Positions 23,920-35,639 of a stretch of 64,000 nt of DNA are shown here, one piece after another. The DNA comes from Chiloscyllium plagiosum (lineage: Eukaryota). The notes beneath the pieces are model-generated. The model ran no database searches, was not told the origin of the DNA, and saw nothing but the letters and a program-made list of their open reading frames with translations. The stretch is from the NCBI RefSeq assembly GCF_004010195.1, contig NC_057719.1, positions 57,639,023 to 57,703,022 on the forward strand. The letters run 5' to 3'. Every line of letters begins with the position of its first letter. Positions within the stretch are counted from its first letter, which is position 1. Position numbers and translations under genes: made by a program.

Positions 23920-25422
23920 TAATGTCCTTGGCCCAACCATCTTTAGCTGCTTTGTCAATGACATTCCTGCCATTGTATGGTCAGAAGTAGGGATGTTTGC
24001 TGATGATTGCACAATGTTCAGCACCATTTGTGACTCCTCAGACCATAAAGCAACCCATGTTCAAATGCAATGAGATCTGGATAACATCCAGGCTTGGGCT
24101 GATGAGTGGCAAGTAACATTTGCATCACACAAATGTCAGGCTATGACTGTCATGAATAAAAGACAATCTAACCACCTCCCCTTGGCATTCAATGGTGTTA
24201 CCATCACTGAATCCCCCACTATCAACATCCTGCAGGTTATCATTGACAAGAAACACAACTGGACTCACCATATAGGTACAGTGGCTACAAGAGTAAAGCC
24301 AGTCCACCATCTACAAGACACAAGTCAGGATTGTGATGGAATGCTCCCCACTTGCCTGAATGTGTGCATCTTCAACAACACTCAAGAACCTTGACTCCAT
24401 CCAGGTCAAAGCAGCTGCTTGATTAACACCACATCCACAAGCATTCATTCCCTCCACTACTGATGTTCAGTAGCAGCTGTGTGTACTATCTACAAGATGC
24501 ACTGCAGAAATTCACCAAAGATCCTCAGAGAGCACCTTCCAAACCAAAGACAACTTCCATCTAGAAGGACAAGGATAGCAGATATTTGGGAACACCACAA
24601 CCTTCAAGTTTCCCTCCACGTCACTCACCATCCTGACTTGGAAATCTATTGCCGTTCCTTCACTTTTGCTGTGTCAAAATCCTGGAATTCCCTCCTTAAT
24701 GGCATTGTGGGTCAACCCACAGAAGGTGGACTGCAGCGTTCAAGAAGGTAGCTCACTATCACTTTCTCAAGGGCAACTCAGAATGGGCAATAAATCCTGG
24801 CCAACCAGCGACGTAGACATCCCACAAAATGAATAAAATTGACCAATTGAATTGCATCAGGAATTCAACACCTCATGCATACCTCTAAAATAAGAAAACG
24901 CTAGGGACTAGACTATCTTCGTAACATATTTTGAGTGGGTTTGGTCTGGTCCACAACAAATTGAGAACTCAAAGTTAGTGAGTGGTCAATGTTAATTTTT
25001 TTAAATTTCAGATGTTATATTCAGTTTGTTTAAACAAGGGTTTAACAAAACCTTGTGTTATGGACCAGACCAGACTCCCTCAAAATATATTAAGGAGGTA
25101 GGCAAGACCCTAACATTTTCTTATTTTAAAGATAACTGTGATGTGCTGTGTTGCAGATGCAATTTGTTTGGTCAAATTACTTGATGTTGAGCAACATATA
25201 ATTTACTCAAACACTGTAGTTAAAATGCAACAAAAGAGGAACTTGGAATAATTTAACTCTATTGGAAAACTTAACAGAATATTAGATTATTCTACCACTA
25301 AACAGTAACTGTTCCAATATAGCTAGATTCCATAAACACACCCTTGGCTAAAGGCAAATTCAGGAAACAGAATTATCTTATATGCAATTCCAATCCGGGG
25401 GGAACTCATCTGGATAAAACTC

Positions 25423-26102
25423 AGTTAAAAATCACACAACACCAGCTTATAGTCCAACAGGTTTATTTGCAAGCACTGGCTTTCAGACCACTGCTCCTTC
25501 ATCAGGTGGTTATGGAGCTTATGATCTTAAACTCCAAAACCACCTGATGAAGGAGCAGCGCTCTGAAAGTATGAAGTTACTCTGGCAGTTATATAGTTAA
25601 CTTAGTGTTGCAATGCATGCCCAGATCATGTTACAGGACTCCAGTAACAGATAATGGTAGTGCATTGTGACAGGTTACTTGAATCATTGGTAGATGAACT
25701 AATGCTGAAGATGATGGTGTTATAATGTGATAGGTTAAGTGTAATGGAAGGAACCAGTGTGGTAGACAATGATTAGTTTAGAAAGACAAAGCAAGCCAGC
25801 ATGATTGGTTATGCTAACATTATCCAATAAGCACAGAAAGAATAGCTGTATAAGTTGCAGGAGAACAAAGGGCCTGCAGGGAGCCAGGAAAGCCATTTTT
25901 GCTGGTGCTCACAGCTTTGATTTTGCAAGATTAAAGTTTAATTTCGTGAAGGATTTTCTGCTTCTCCTGGCAATTTTTTATAGAACATGGAGTGATTCTT
26001 CCACAACAAATTCTAGTGCATCCAAATAAACCTGTTGGGCTATAGCCTGGTTTTGTGTGATTTTTAACTTTGTCCACCCTAGTCCAACACCAGCACCTCC
26101 AA
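25423..26102. mobile_element. Inverted pair of Penelope-like pLTR fragments bearing hammerhead motifs
   Basis: 25423-25517 (minus) is the reverse complement of 25532-25569 + 26013-26069 (plus); core CTGATGA-AGGAGC-AGC-GCTCT-GAAA. Confidence 0.75.
25570..26012 (+). mobile_element. ~440-bp insertion, probable solo LTR
   Basis: Interrupts the pLTR between GAAAG and CTAGTG; T(A)TGAAG...CCACAACA ends; CCAAT, TATAAG and ATTAAA-like signals in order. TSD not clean. Confidence 0.45.
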
Positions 26103-26719
26103 GAGAGAATGTCGCAGCAAGGACAGATTCACTGCTTTCCAACCTTGCTGAAAATCCAGCAACAACTACTGCTGAATAAAGTAAAAATTCTGGCTCTGTG
26201 AATCTCAACACACCCATTCAAGCTGCATCTATTGTTCCAACTTAAAATAAAACCCCAAGGATTTACGAGTTGTTTATCTTCTGATAGACTGCTTGGTACT
26301 TGTCCCCCAAACTCTCTCTGAAAGAAACCATGACAAAGCACACCTCTTAAACCCACAGTATTGTCACATTAATGTAATAATGTAATAATGACTCTTTCAG
26401 TCACAAAGAGTTTCCTGAGGATGGAAAAAGTCACTTCAGTGTTTTACAGAAAATGAGCAAGGCAAAGCTTTTGGAATTTGCAAACAATTTGAAGCTAGAG
26501 TTGCCTGTGTTTGTCAGGAAAGCAGAAATAATTACAGCAACAGCTCTATATTTACAATTGCCAGGAATGCAATCAGAGTCATTGGAGGTTGCTAAAATTC
26601 AGTTTGTAAATGAAGCAGTTTGAATAAGAGGCATTGACAAGGTAAAAAGAAAAGGAACAAATAACCCTGGCAGAACAAAAAGAAAGGTAAAAGGAAATGA
26701 AATAGTTTGAATTACAATC

Positions 26720-28125
26720 TCAAACTTGATTGAGTTTTTTGAAGAAGTAACAAAGAGGATTGATGAGCGCAGAGCAGTGGATATGATCTATATGGACCTC
26801 AGTAAGACATTTGACAAGATTCCCCATGGGAGACTAGTTAGCAAGGTAAGATCTCATGGAATACAGGGAGAACTAGCCATTTGGATACAGAACTGGCTCA
26901 AAGATAGAAGAGAGAAGGTGGTGGTGGAGGGTTGTTTTTCAGACTGGAGGCCTGTGATCAGTGGAGTGCCACAAGGTTCGGTGCTGGATCCACTACTTTT
27001 CATCATTCATATAATGGATGTGAGTATAAGAGGCATAGTTAGTAAGTTTGCAGACAACAACAAAATTAGAGGTGTAGTGGACAGCAAAGAAGGTTATCTC
27101 AGATTACAACGGGATCTTGATCAGATGGGCCAATGGGCTGAGAAGTGGCAGATGGAGTTTAATTTAGATAAATGTGATGTGCTGCATTTTGGGAAAGCAA
27201 ATCTTAGCAGGACTTATACACATAATGGTAAGGTCCTAGGGAGTATTGCTGAACAAAGAGACTTTGGAGTGTCGGTTCATAGCTCCTTGAAAATGGAGTC
27301 ACGGCCATGTAAGATAGTGAAGAAGGCTCAAAGTTTGTGAGAAGATTTGTAGCTCGGGTGCTCGTTGTTGTGGTTCTCGGCAGATTCAAACCACTACAAA
27401 TGCCGGAGGAAAGATCACAGAAGCGCTTCACAGGAGGCTCCCAAGCACTGAGAATGTCACCTAGACAGGGGATGAAATGTCTGCAACACAAATTCCCAGC
27501 TCGGCGAACAGAACCACAATAGTGAAGAAGGCATTTGGTATGTTTGCCTTTATTGGTCAGAGAATTGATTATTGATGTTGGGAGGTCATGTTGCGGCTAT
27601 ATAGGACGTTGGTTAGGTCACTGTTGGAATGTTACATGCAATTCTGGTCTCCTTCCTATCTGAAGGATGTTGTGAAACTTGAAAGGGTTCAGACAAGATT
27701 TACAAGGACATTGCCAGCGTTGGAGGATTTGAGCTGTAGGGAGAGGTTGAATAGGCTAAGACTGTTTTCCCTGGAGTGTTGGAGGCTTAGTAAAGGATAA
27801 ATATACAAAGCTTTTTCCATCTGGGGTGGGGGAGTCCAGAACTAGAGGGTATAGATTTAGAGTGAGAGGGGAAAGATATAAAAGATACCCAAGGGGCAAC
27901 ATTTTCATGCAGAGGGTGGTACGTGTATGGAATGAGCTGCCAGAGGAAGTGTTAGAGGCTAGTACAATTGCAACATTTAAAAGGCATCTGGATGGGTATA
28001 TGAATAGGAAGGGTTTGGAGGGATATGGGCAAAGTGCTGGCAGGTGGGACTAGATTGGGTTGGGATATCTGGTCAGCATGAAGGGTCAGTTTCCGTGCTG
28101 TATATCTCTATGACTCTATGACTCC
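26720..28125 (+). mobile_element. CR1 LINE, 5'-truncated, inserted in gag
   Basis: IEFFEEVTK...KTFDKIPH...GVPQGSVLDP...FADNNK...; (CTATGACT)n tail at 28108-28125. Confidence 0.93.
27328..27518. mobile_element. Short, internally inverted Penelope-like insertion with 14-bp TSD
   Basis: TSD ATAGTGAAGAAGGC at 27314-27327 and 27519-27532; degenerate hammerhead CTGAGAA-TGTCACC-TAGACA-GGGGAT-GAAA-TGTC; homologous to 54005-54140 (minus). Confidence 0.8.
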
Positions 28126-31100
28126 ATAACTAAAAGCAGAAGAAAAGGGAATGGAGAGGATGGCTCTAGTAGAGAAATGGGAGAAAGAGAGAGTTTTTGA
28201 ACCCCAGAGGTTGGAACTGAAAACTCAAAGTTGACTTAAAATGGTGCAGCCGTGAAAGGTAGTAGCTGTGAGGAGGACAGTGATGGAGAGGAATCCCATT
28301 GCAGCCAAAGGCCTGGTGGGATCTATTTAAATATGTCCAAGCGCTGCCTAAGTTCAACAAGAAGGATGTAGAAGCCTTTTTTGTTTCATTTAAGAAAGTG
28401 GCTAAATAAATGAAATGGCCAATGACCTTGTGGGTATTGTTGATTCAAACAAAAGGAAGGTAGAGCTAGCGAGGTATTGGCAATACTATCAGAGAAGGTA
28501 TCTGGTGAGTGTGTTAAGGTTAAAAAAACATTTTAAGTGAATATGAGCTAGTATCAAATGCCTACAGACAATATTTTAGAATTTAAGATGGGAACCTGGT
28601 CAAATATACATAGAATTTGAAAGGGTCAAATAACATTATTTTGACAGGTGGATAAGGGCATTTAAAATAGATCAAACATGTGATGCCCTTAGAGAGACAA
28701 TTGTTTTGGAGGAGCTCAAAAATCCATTTCCTGAAGTAGTGAGAACTCATGTAGAAGAGCAGAGATTTAAGACTGCAACATTAGCAGTGGAAATGGCAGA
28801 AGACTATGAGTTTATTCATAAATCAAAATTGGGCTTCTGACCTCAATTTCAATCTGTGAGGGATAGAAACTGGGGAAAAGAGAAGTCCTCAGGTGGTAAA
28901 GGAAAAGAAGATTTTTAGTGGTTTGGGAAAAGCACGGGGAAGATGGATGTGGGAAAGCAAGATAAGCCAGTGAGTTTTGTTGAAGTGGTAATGGAAAGCA
29001 CAGTGGAAATTAAAAGTTGCAAAAGAATGTACAACCTTATCAGGGTTGGTTGAGAAGAAAATGCCAGATGTCTTTAAATCTAAGTGTATTCCAGAATGTT
29101 ACTATCTTAAAACTGAAGTCTTGATGAGAGAATGGAGACTATCACATATTCAGGTGGATGAAAAATGGGCAGAAGTTCATCAAGTTGTATTACTGGTGGA
29201 TTATACAAAGGAGGTGCTGTCAGTAGCACATGAATTACTCGTAGGAGGTCATTTGGAAGTAAGGAAAACTCAAACGAAAATATAAAAACATTTTTATTGG
29301 CCTGGACTGCATAAGGATGCAGTTGACTTTTGCCGAATGAGTCAGATAATTGGAAAACCTCAGGCAGTGATAAAACTAGCACCCTTATTACACATTCCTG
29401 CATTTTAGGAACCTTTTACCAGAGTCTTAATTGATTGCATTGGACTCCCATCTAAAAGAAAAACTATGAATCAGTATTGGTTGACCATAATAGATATGTC
29501 TACTAGATTTCCAGAGGCCATTCTATTACGCAGTATCACAGCTAAAAGAATTGTAGAAGAGTTACGCAATTTTTTTTACTAGGTACAAACTACGCATAGA
29601 AGTACAATCAGATCAAGGGTCAAATTTTGCATCCAAGTTATTCAAGGAAGTTATGGATAGCTTAGGAATAAAACAATTCAAATCCACTGCTTAACATGCA
29701 AAATTGCAGGGTGCATTAGAACAGTGACATCAAACTTTAAAGACAATGTTGAGAGCTTATAGTTAAGAATAACCAAAGGATTGGAATTAAGGAATTCATT
29801 CGCATTTTGCAATTAGGGATGCATCTTATGAATCAACTAAATTCAGTCCATTTGAATTAGCTTTTGGGCATGAGGCAAGAGGACCACTAAAATTAATTAA
29901 GGAAAAATTGGTAAGTCAGAATTCAGAGACCACATATTTATACTATGTGTAAAATTTTAGGAAAAGATTTAATAGAGCAGGTGAATTCATAATTGTGCTC
30001 ATGGGGATAAAGTTATAAGTGAGCCTTTAAAGACAAAGTTGAATGGGCCTTATCAAATTGAAAGGAAATTGAGTGAGATGAATTATTTGACAAGAGAGAA
30101 AAAGTCTCACATACAAAGAAATCTTACAGAGTGTGTCATGTGAATATGCTCAAAAGGTAATTGTTAGGGAATGAACGCAAAAGGAGAATGTGTTATGAGT
30201 TACAACACAAAGTGAAGAACCCAGTTCAGATGATTCTGAATTGGACATTCCTCTAATTAAATTGGACATTGTGGAGGTTCTCAAAAATTATTGTGTTACC
30301 TTTCAGAGGAAAATTGAAAGAGTTATTACTATCAAATGGGGAGATAAGTGGTAATAAGCTGGAAGTACTAATCTGATTATGCATGATGTAGATATAGGAA
30401 ATACCGTTCCAATTAAGCAACATCCTTTTGGACTTAACCCTCTAAAGTTGACACAGGTTCAAGAAGAGATTGTAAACATGGCTCAAGGAAACTATAATTG
30501 AAGTGATTTGCAGTGAATGTAGCTCATCCATAGTAATGGTGCCAAAATGAGATGGCACTCAATGATTATGTGTGTTCTATTGAAAAGTCAGTGCAGTTAC
30601 AAAATCTGATTCATAGCCTGTTCTCTGCTTGGAAGACTGTATTGAGAAGATGGGACAAACAACTTATATTTCTAAATTGGACTTACTCAGAGGATAGCGG
30701 CAGGTACCTTTATCTGAAAGAGTGAAAGAAATTTTGGCTTTTGTGATGCTGAATGGACTGTACCAGTATAATGTCATGCCACTTGGTATGAAAATTGCGG
30801 CAGCCACATTTCAGAGATTAACCAATAAAGTAACCAGTTGGGGTTACCCAACTGTGGTGAACATTGATGACCGAGTGATTTTTAGTCACACGTGGAAAGA
30901 GCATTTGCAGCATCTATCGGCACTGTTCAACCGATTTCAGTAGGTGGTAAGTTTGTGAAAGCCATTTTCCTGGGCCATGTCATCAGACTTGGACAGATGG
31001 CCCCATGGGATGTGAACACAAATTATTGGGCAGTTTCATACCTCCAAGGAAGAGAGATGTACTCTGATTCCTGGGATTGAGTGTTTTTTGTCAGAAGTTC

Positions 31101-32063
31101 GTATTGAATTTTAGCAGTGTGGTTGCTCCACTGACTGGCTTGTTGAAGAAGTGCAGAAAATTTCAGTGGACAGAGAAATGTAAGAAGGCATTTGACAGCC
31201 TGAAAGCTGCCCCAGTGTTAGACATACCACATTATGCAAAGCTATTCAAGGTGGCTATTGATGCAAGAGATGTGGGTGTCGGTGCTGTGCTCTTAAAAGA
31301 AGTTGATGAGAAGGTAGAAAGACCTGTTGGGTACTTTACCAGAAAACTGAATAATTATCAACAGAAATATTCCACAATTGATAAGGAGATCTTCAGAGCT
31401 TGGTGTTGGTGTTGTAACATTTTTATCTCCAGTAATGTGTCTGAGACAATTGTACATAATTATCATAACCACTTCAAAGATTTTGGAAAAAAATAAGGAT
31501 AAAAATTCCAGACTGTTTAAATGGAGCTTATTTTGCAGCCATTCAACTTGAGAATTATGCATGTGGCAGGGCGAGAGATGCATTGTCACAATTTTGATGA
31601 GGGTGGAGGTGTTCAGTGGTGGGAGAAAAAAACAGACTGAAACGTTGTAGTAGTAGTTGCTGGGGTCTTGAAGCTTCATGTGGAAGCTTTTATTCCTTTC
31701 TCTATTACAGCTAAAAGCTGGGGTTCCCTGTCTACTGCTCGAATTGCTTGTGAGACAACGGTTTTACTAAATTTGCCAAGGGTGTGTTTATGGGATATTA
31801 TTATTTTGGAACATTTAATTAATGGCAGTTAATATGTAAATAATTTTGTTAAGCTTTTCAATAGAGTTAAAGTTAAAACAATTCTTTTCTTTTTATTTTG
31901 TCTGTATTTTAACTGTGATGTAAAAAACAAGTGTGTTTTGCCTAAAGTTGATAGTTTGACCATTTGAATTGTATCTGGAACACAATACTTTAAAATAAGA
32001 AAAGGTGAAAGTTGAGGTTATCTTCTTAATATATTTTGATGGGTATTGGTCTGCTCCATTATA

Positions 32064-32840
32064 CCTTTTGGATGCTACATTCAATTAAATGCAGATTTGA
32101 TGTCAAGGGCTGTCACTCTCACCTCATCTCTGGAATGCAGCTGTTTTGTTCATGCTTTGATCCATAAGACCATAAGACATAGGAGGGGAAGTAAGGCCGT
32201 ACGGCCCATTGAGTCCACTCTGCCATTTAATCATGACTGATGGGTGTTTCAAATCCACTTATCCGCACTCTCCCCATAGCCCTTAATTCCTTGCAAGATC
32301 AAGAATTTATCAATCTCTGCCTTGAAGACACCCAATGTCCCGGCCTCCACTGTGCTCTGTGGCAATGAATTCCACAGGCCCACCAGTCTCTGGCTGAAGA
32401 TATGTCTCCTAATGATCCAAGGTTATAATGAAGTCAGGAACTCAGTGGCCCTGACAGAACCCAAACTGAGTGTCACTGGGCAGGTTATTGCTGAATAGTG
32501 GTTGTTTGATAGCACTGCTGATGACACACTCTGTCATTTTTCTGATGATGAAGAGTAGACTGATGGGTTGGATTTGTCCTGCTTTTTATGTGCAGGACAT
32601 ACCCGAGCAATTTTCAACATCATTGGTTTGATGTCAGTTTTATAACAGTACTCAAACAGCTTGGCAAGAGGAACAAAAGGTTCTGGAGGACAAGTGTTCA
32701 GTACTATTGCCAGAATTTTGGCAGGGCCCATAGCCTTTGCAGTATCCAGTGCCTCCAACCATTTCTTGATATCACGTGGAGTGAATCAGATTTGCTGAAG
32801 AATTGTACCTGTGACACCAGGACCACTGGAGGAGGCCAGT
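32064..32840 (-). mobile_element. CR1-group LINE (family A), upstream continuation of 15925-17002; CR1 3' tail inserted at ~32162-32410
   Basis: VRVTALDIKSAFN..H at 32064-32120 joins ALE..ESMGI at 17002; LDTAKAMGP...CPPE...HKKQDKSNP. Confidence 0.85.
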
Positions 32841-33479
32841 GTTCATTGAGTTAGGTGGTGTAGGGTGCAGCAATCAATCACTATCGTGGAGACTCTACCA
32901 GGCAAATAGTGGAGTGCTCTTCCTGAGCAACCAGGCTGTAGATGCTCCATCCTCAGAAGACCAACTGACTCTTCAATAATGCCCCCAGTGAATGCAGAGG
33001 CAGTATTACTTTACTTTTCAGCTTAAATCTGAGGATTTTACCCTGGGCTCATTACCATGTCTGTGACAATATCCCTCCACATCACAAGGCAGTCCTGAAG
33101 ATAATGTGGGGAGGCATACATTTGTAGGACTTTGGAGTTGAGAGCATTGAGATAGCTCCATGGAAAGTGTGTGCCCATGTAGAGTAATTGCTGCCTGTGG
33201 TCACTGTCAAGCTGGACACTGAAGAAGTGAGACGTTTTTCTGCTTTGAAAGCTGGATGGACGATGCCACATCCTTGTATTTGATGGACCCTTGGCTCTGT
33301 GGGAATTCAAGATGGCTGCCAATCTGACCACTCAAGAAGCTTAGTAAACTTAGGTTCATGGTTAACTGGACAAACTGTGCTGCTGGTAACACAGTAAAGG
33401 GTAACAGTGAATACATGTACATAGTTGTTGACTACTGATTGGGAGAGGCCACACATGATCCCAGTTGAGGTTAGAAAGG

Positions 33480-33610
33480 AGTTCATTTATTGTCCTTCCC
33501 TAATTGCCCAGAGGACAGTTAAGAGTCAATCATATTGTTGTGGGTCTGGAGTCACATGCATGCCAGACCAGGTAAGGATGTCAGATGCCCTCCCGACAGG
33601 GCATTAGTAA
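33480..33610 (-). mobile_element. Deu-type SINE fragment
   Basis: Deu block (GTGACTCCAGACCCACAAC...TTGACTCTTAACTGTCCTCTG) joined to tail GGCAATTAGGG...AATAAATG. Confidence 0.75.
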
Positions 33611-33659
33611 ACATTAGTGTTTGATGAGGCACCACACCTTCAGCTGCTTAATAAGCGCC

Positions 33660-34730
33660 CTTGGTGTTGGAGATAGTGATTACCATGGATAGAAGATTGG
33701 CTAACTAATATAATAGAGAGCTCAGATAAAGGGGGGCATTTTCAGGATGGTGTGTCACAGAAATTAGCGCTGGGATCACAATTGTTTACAATTTATGTAA
33801 ATTAATTGAATGAGGAAAATGAACATATTCAGTCAAATTTGTAGATGACACAAAAATAGGTGGTAAGGCAAAGGTAAGAATAACACAAAGAGTCTGCAGA
33901 GGGATATAGGCAGATTAAGGGAATGGGCATAAATTTGGCAGATGGAATATAATGTGGAGCTAAATATTATTTAAATGGAGAAAGACTAAAGAAAGATACA
34001 GAACAGAGGGATTTGGGCATCCTCGTCCATAAACTACAAAAATACTAGACTCCAAGTTCAGTGGGTAATAGGAAAGGTCAGTGGACTGCTGGCTTTATTT
34101 TAAACTGAATGTAGCATAGAAATAAGGAGGTCTTGCTATAACTATACAAGACACTAGTCAGACAACACCTGGAATACTGTGAATAATTTTTATCCCTTAT
34201 GTTAAGGAAAGATATACGGGCATTGTCTAGAGAAGGTCCTCTTGGTTGATTCTGGGCATAGAAGGATTTTCATCAGTCCTATGCACTTCCTGTCTCATTG
34301 AGTAACAATAAACATCAGTCAACCTGATTGATGCCAGCTGTGGTAGTAGAGTCAAATACGTTAGGGACATTTTAAGCGACTCTTGCATAGGCACATGAAA
34401 GTCATTACAATGAAGGGTATGTAGGTTTGTCTGATCTTTAGAGTAGGATAAAAGGCTGGCACAACATCAAGGGCTGAAGGGCCTGTACTGTGCTGTATCT
34501 GTTCTATGTTCTATGTTCTGTGAGTGGTTGAATTGGTTGAGCTTGCACTTATTAGAAGAATGCAAGATGACCTTATTGAAACACATAAGATTGTTAGGGG
34601 GCTTGACAGGGTAGATATTTTAAAAAGAAGAATGCGAAATGTTATGGGAAGAAGGCATGAGTTGGGCATTAAGTGGAAAGTCAGCATTGACATAATTGGT
34701 TGAAATGGTCTCATTCTTCGATGTAACAAT
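33660..34730 (+). mobile_element. Two decayed CR1 LINE 3' fragments
   Basis: KFVDDTKIGG, LYKTLVRQHLEYC motifs; (TGTTCTA)n tail near 34500-34518. Confidence 0.8.
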
Positions 34731-35639
34731 TCTGCAAATCCACTTAAACAGTAAGTTTCTTGTTCCAGTGTGTGCTTGTGGAAGTGTGCTTATTAACATG
34801 TACAGAAGACTTCACCCACTGATTAGAAAATCTCCCAAGAATGCATGACTGTTGAAACATTTAAATCAACCAGGGATCAGTTTTTAAAAAAATCATCAAT
34901 AAAGTCTGACCAAAACTCTGATCACCCTTAAAACCTGACTAGAAATTACACCGGAATCATACTCCAAGGAATGCTATAGGAAATTATGGATGATGGTTAG
35001 AGATTATTTTCTCTGTGAATTTCATTTCACATTTTCCCAAAGCCAGGCTAGACCCAGACCATTAATTTAGATTTTAGGCAAGAGGACTTCATTTTGCAGT
35101 GTACATGCATCTTAATTATATACTTCTGACTCGACAGAGCAAGAAGTCATTGAAATAATGGTATGGAGCATAGACAACTATGGGGTGAACAGTCTTGGAG
35201 AGTGATTGAATGGAAAGTTAGCATTATTGACTAGAGTTTGAGAGTTCAGTTTTCTTGACATTTCCTCCCTGTAACAATGTTAGACAGTTACAAAGAATCA
35301 GAATATATTATGAACATTTTTTAGCTTTTTATTTCAAAAGTTTTGTGGTGATTTCACATGGGGCATACTCTCTGATGTACCACTGCTTCTAATCTCTCTG
35401 TCCCTCCTTAACACACTCACCTTGTCTGTACCTATATTGATATATTTTATTTTATTGCCTCAACTTTTCTCTTTAGATTTCTAAATGTGTAATTACCCAA
35501 ATCCTCCTCTCACTCTGTTAATTGAAAAACATTTTACCCTTCTCTGACAATATTTGCTGGTGCATTCTTATGTTTAGGTGCTCTATTTCTTCTTGTTGAT
35601 GCTGTTATCATTTCTTGTTTTGGAGGTAATATTATTACA

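Larger units (their letters stand above)
17529..24839 (+). mobile_element. Near full-length CR1-group LINE (family A) with tRNA-like/Deu 5' end, APE + RT, no ORF1; two nested insertions
   Basis: B box GGTTCAAATCC 17603-17613; APE start NI*GLVPKLGELSH...PDIIILLEPYL from ~17960; G-F-N-V-H and ILDL APE motifs; RT NYSPINLL...QFGF...GVPQG..LGP...FADDC; tail ending ATGAATAAAA at 24838. Confidence 0.88.
25056..26368 (-). mobile_element. Solo LTR related to the host provirus LTR, inverted, with nested inserts
   Basis: TGTTATGGACCAGACC...ATTGTCACA is the reverse complement of the LTR ends at 24884-24958 and 17003-17050. Confidence 0.75.
17003..32063 (+). mobile_element. Gmr1-like Ty3/gypsy LTR retrotransposon (decayed, heavily interrupted)
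   Basis: 5' LTR split into 17003-17528 + 24840-24958; partial 3' LTR ~31648-32063; gag ~26410-26720 + 28125-28900; integrase ~29226-29900; RT ~30380-30940; RNase H ~31240-31580; the flanking LINE is contiguous across both ends. Confidence 0.8.

Noticed and set aside
24959..24975. tRNA-Pro primer-binding site after the 5' LTR
   Set aside because: AATTGAGAACTC only weakly resembles TGGGGGCTCG; too degenerate to call.
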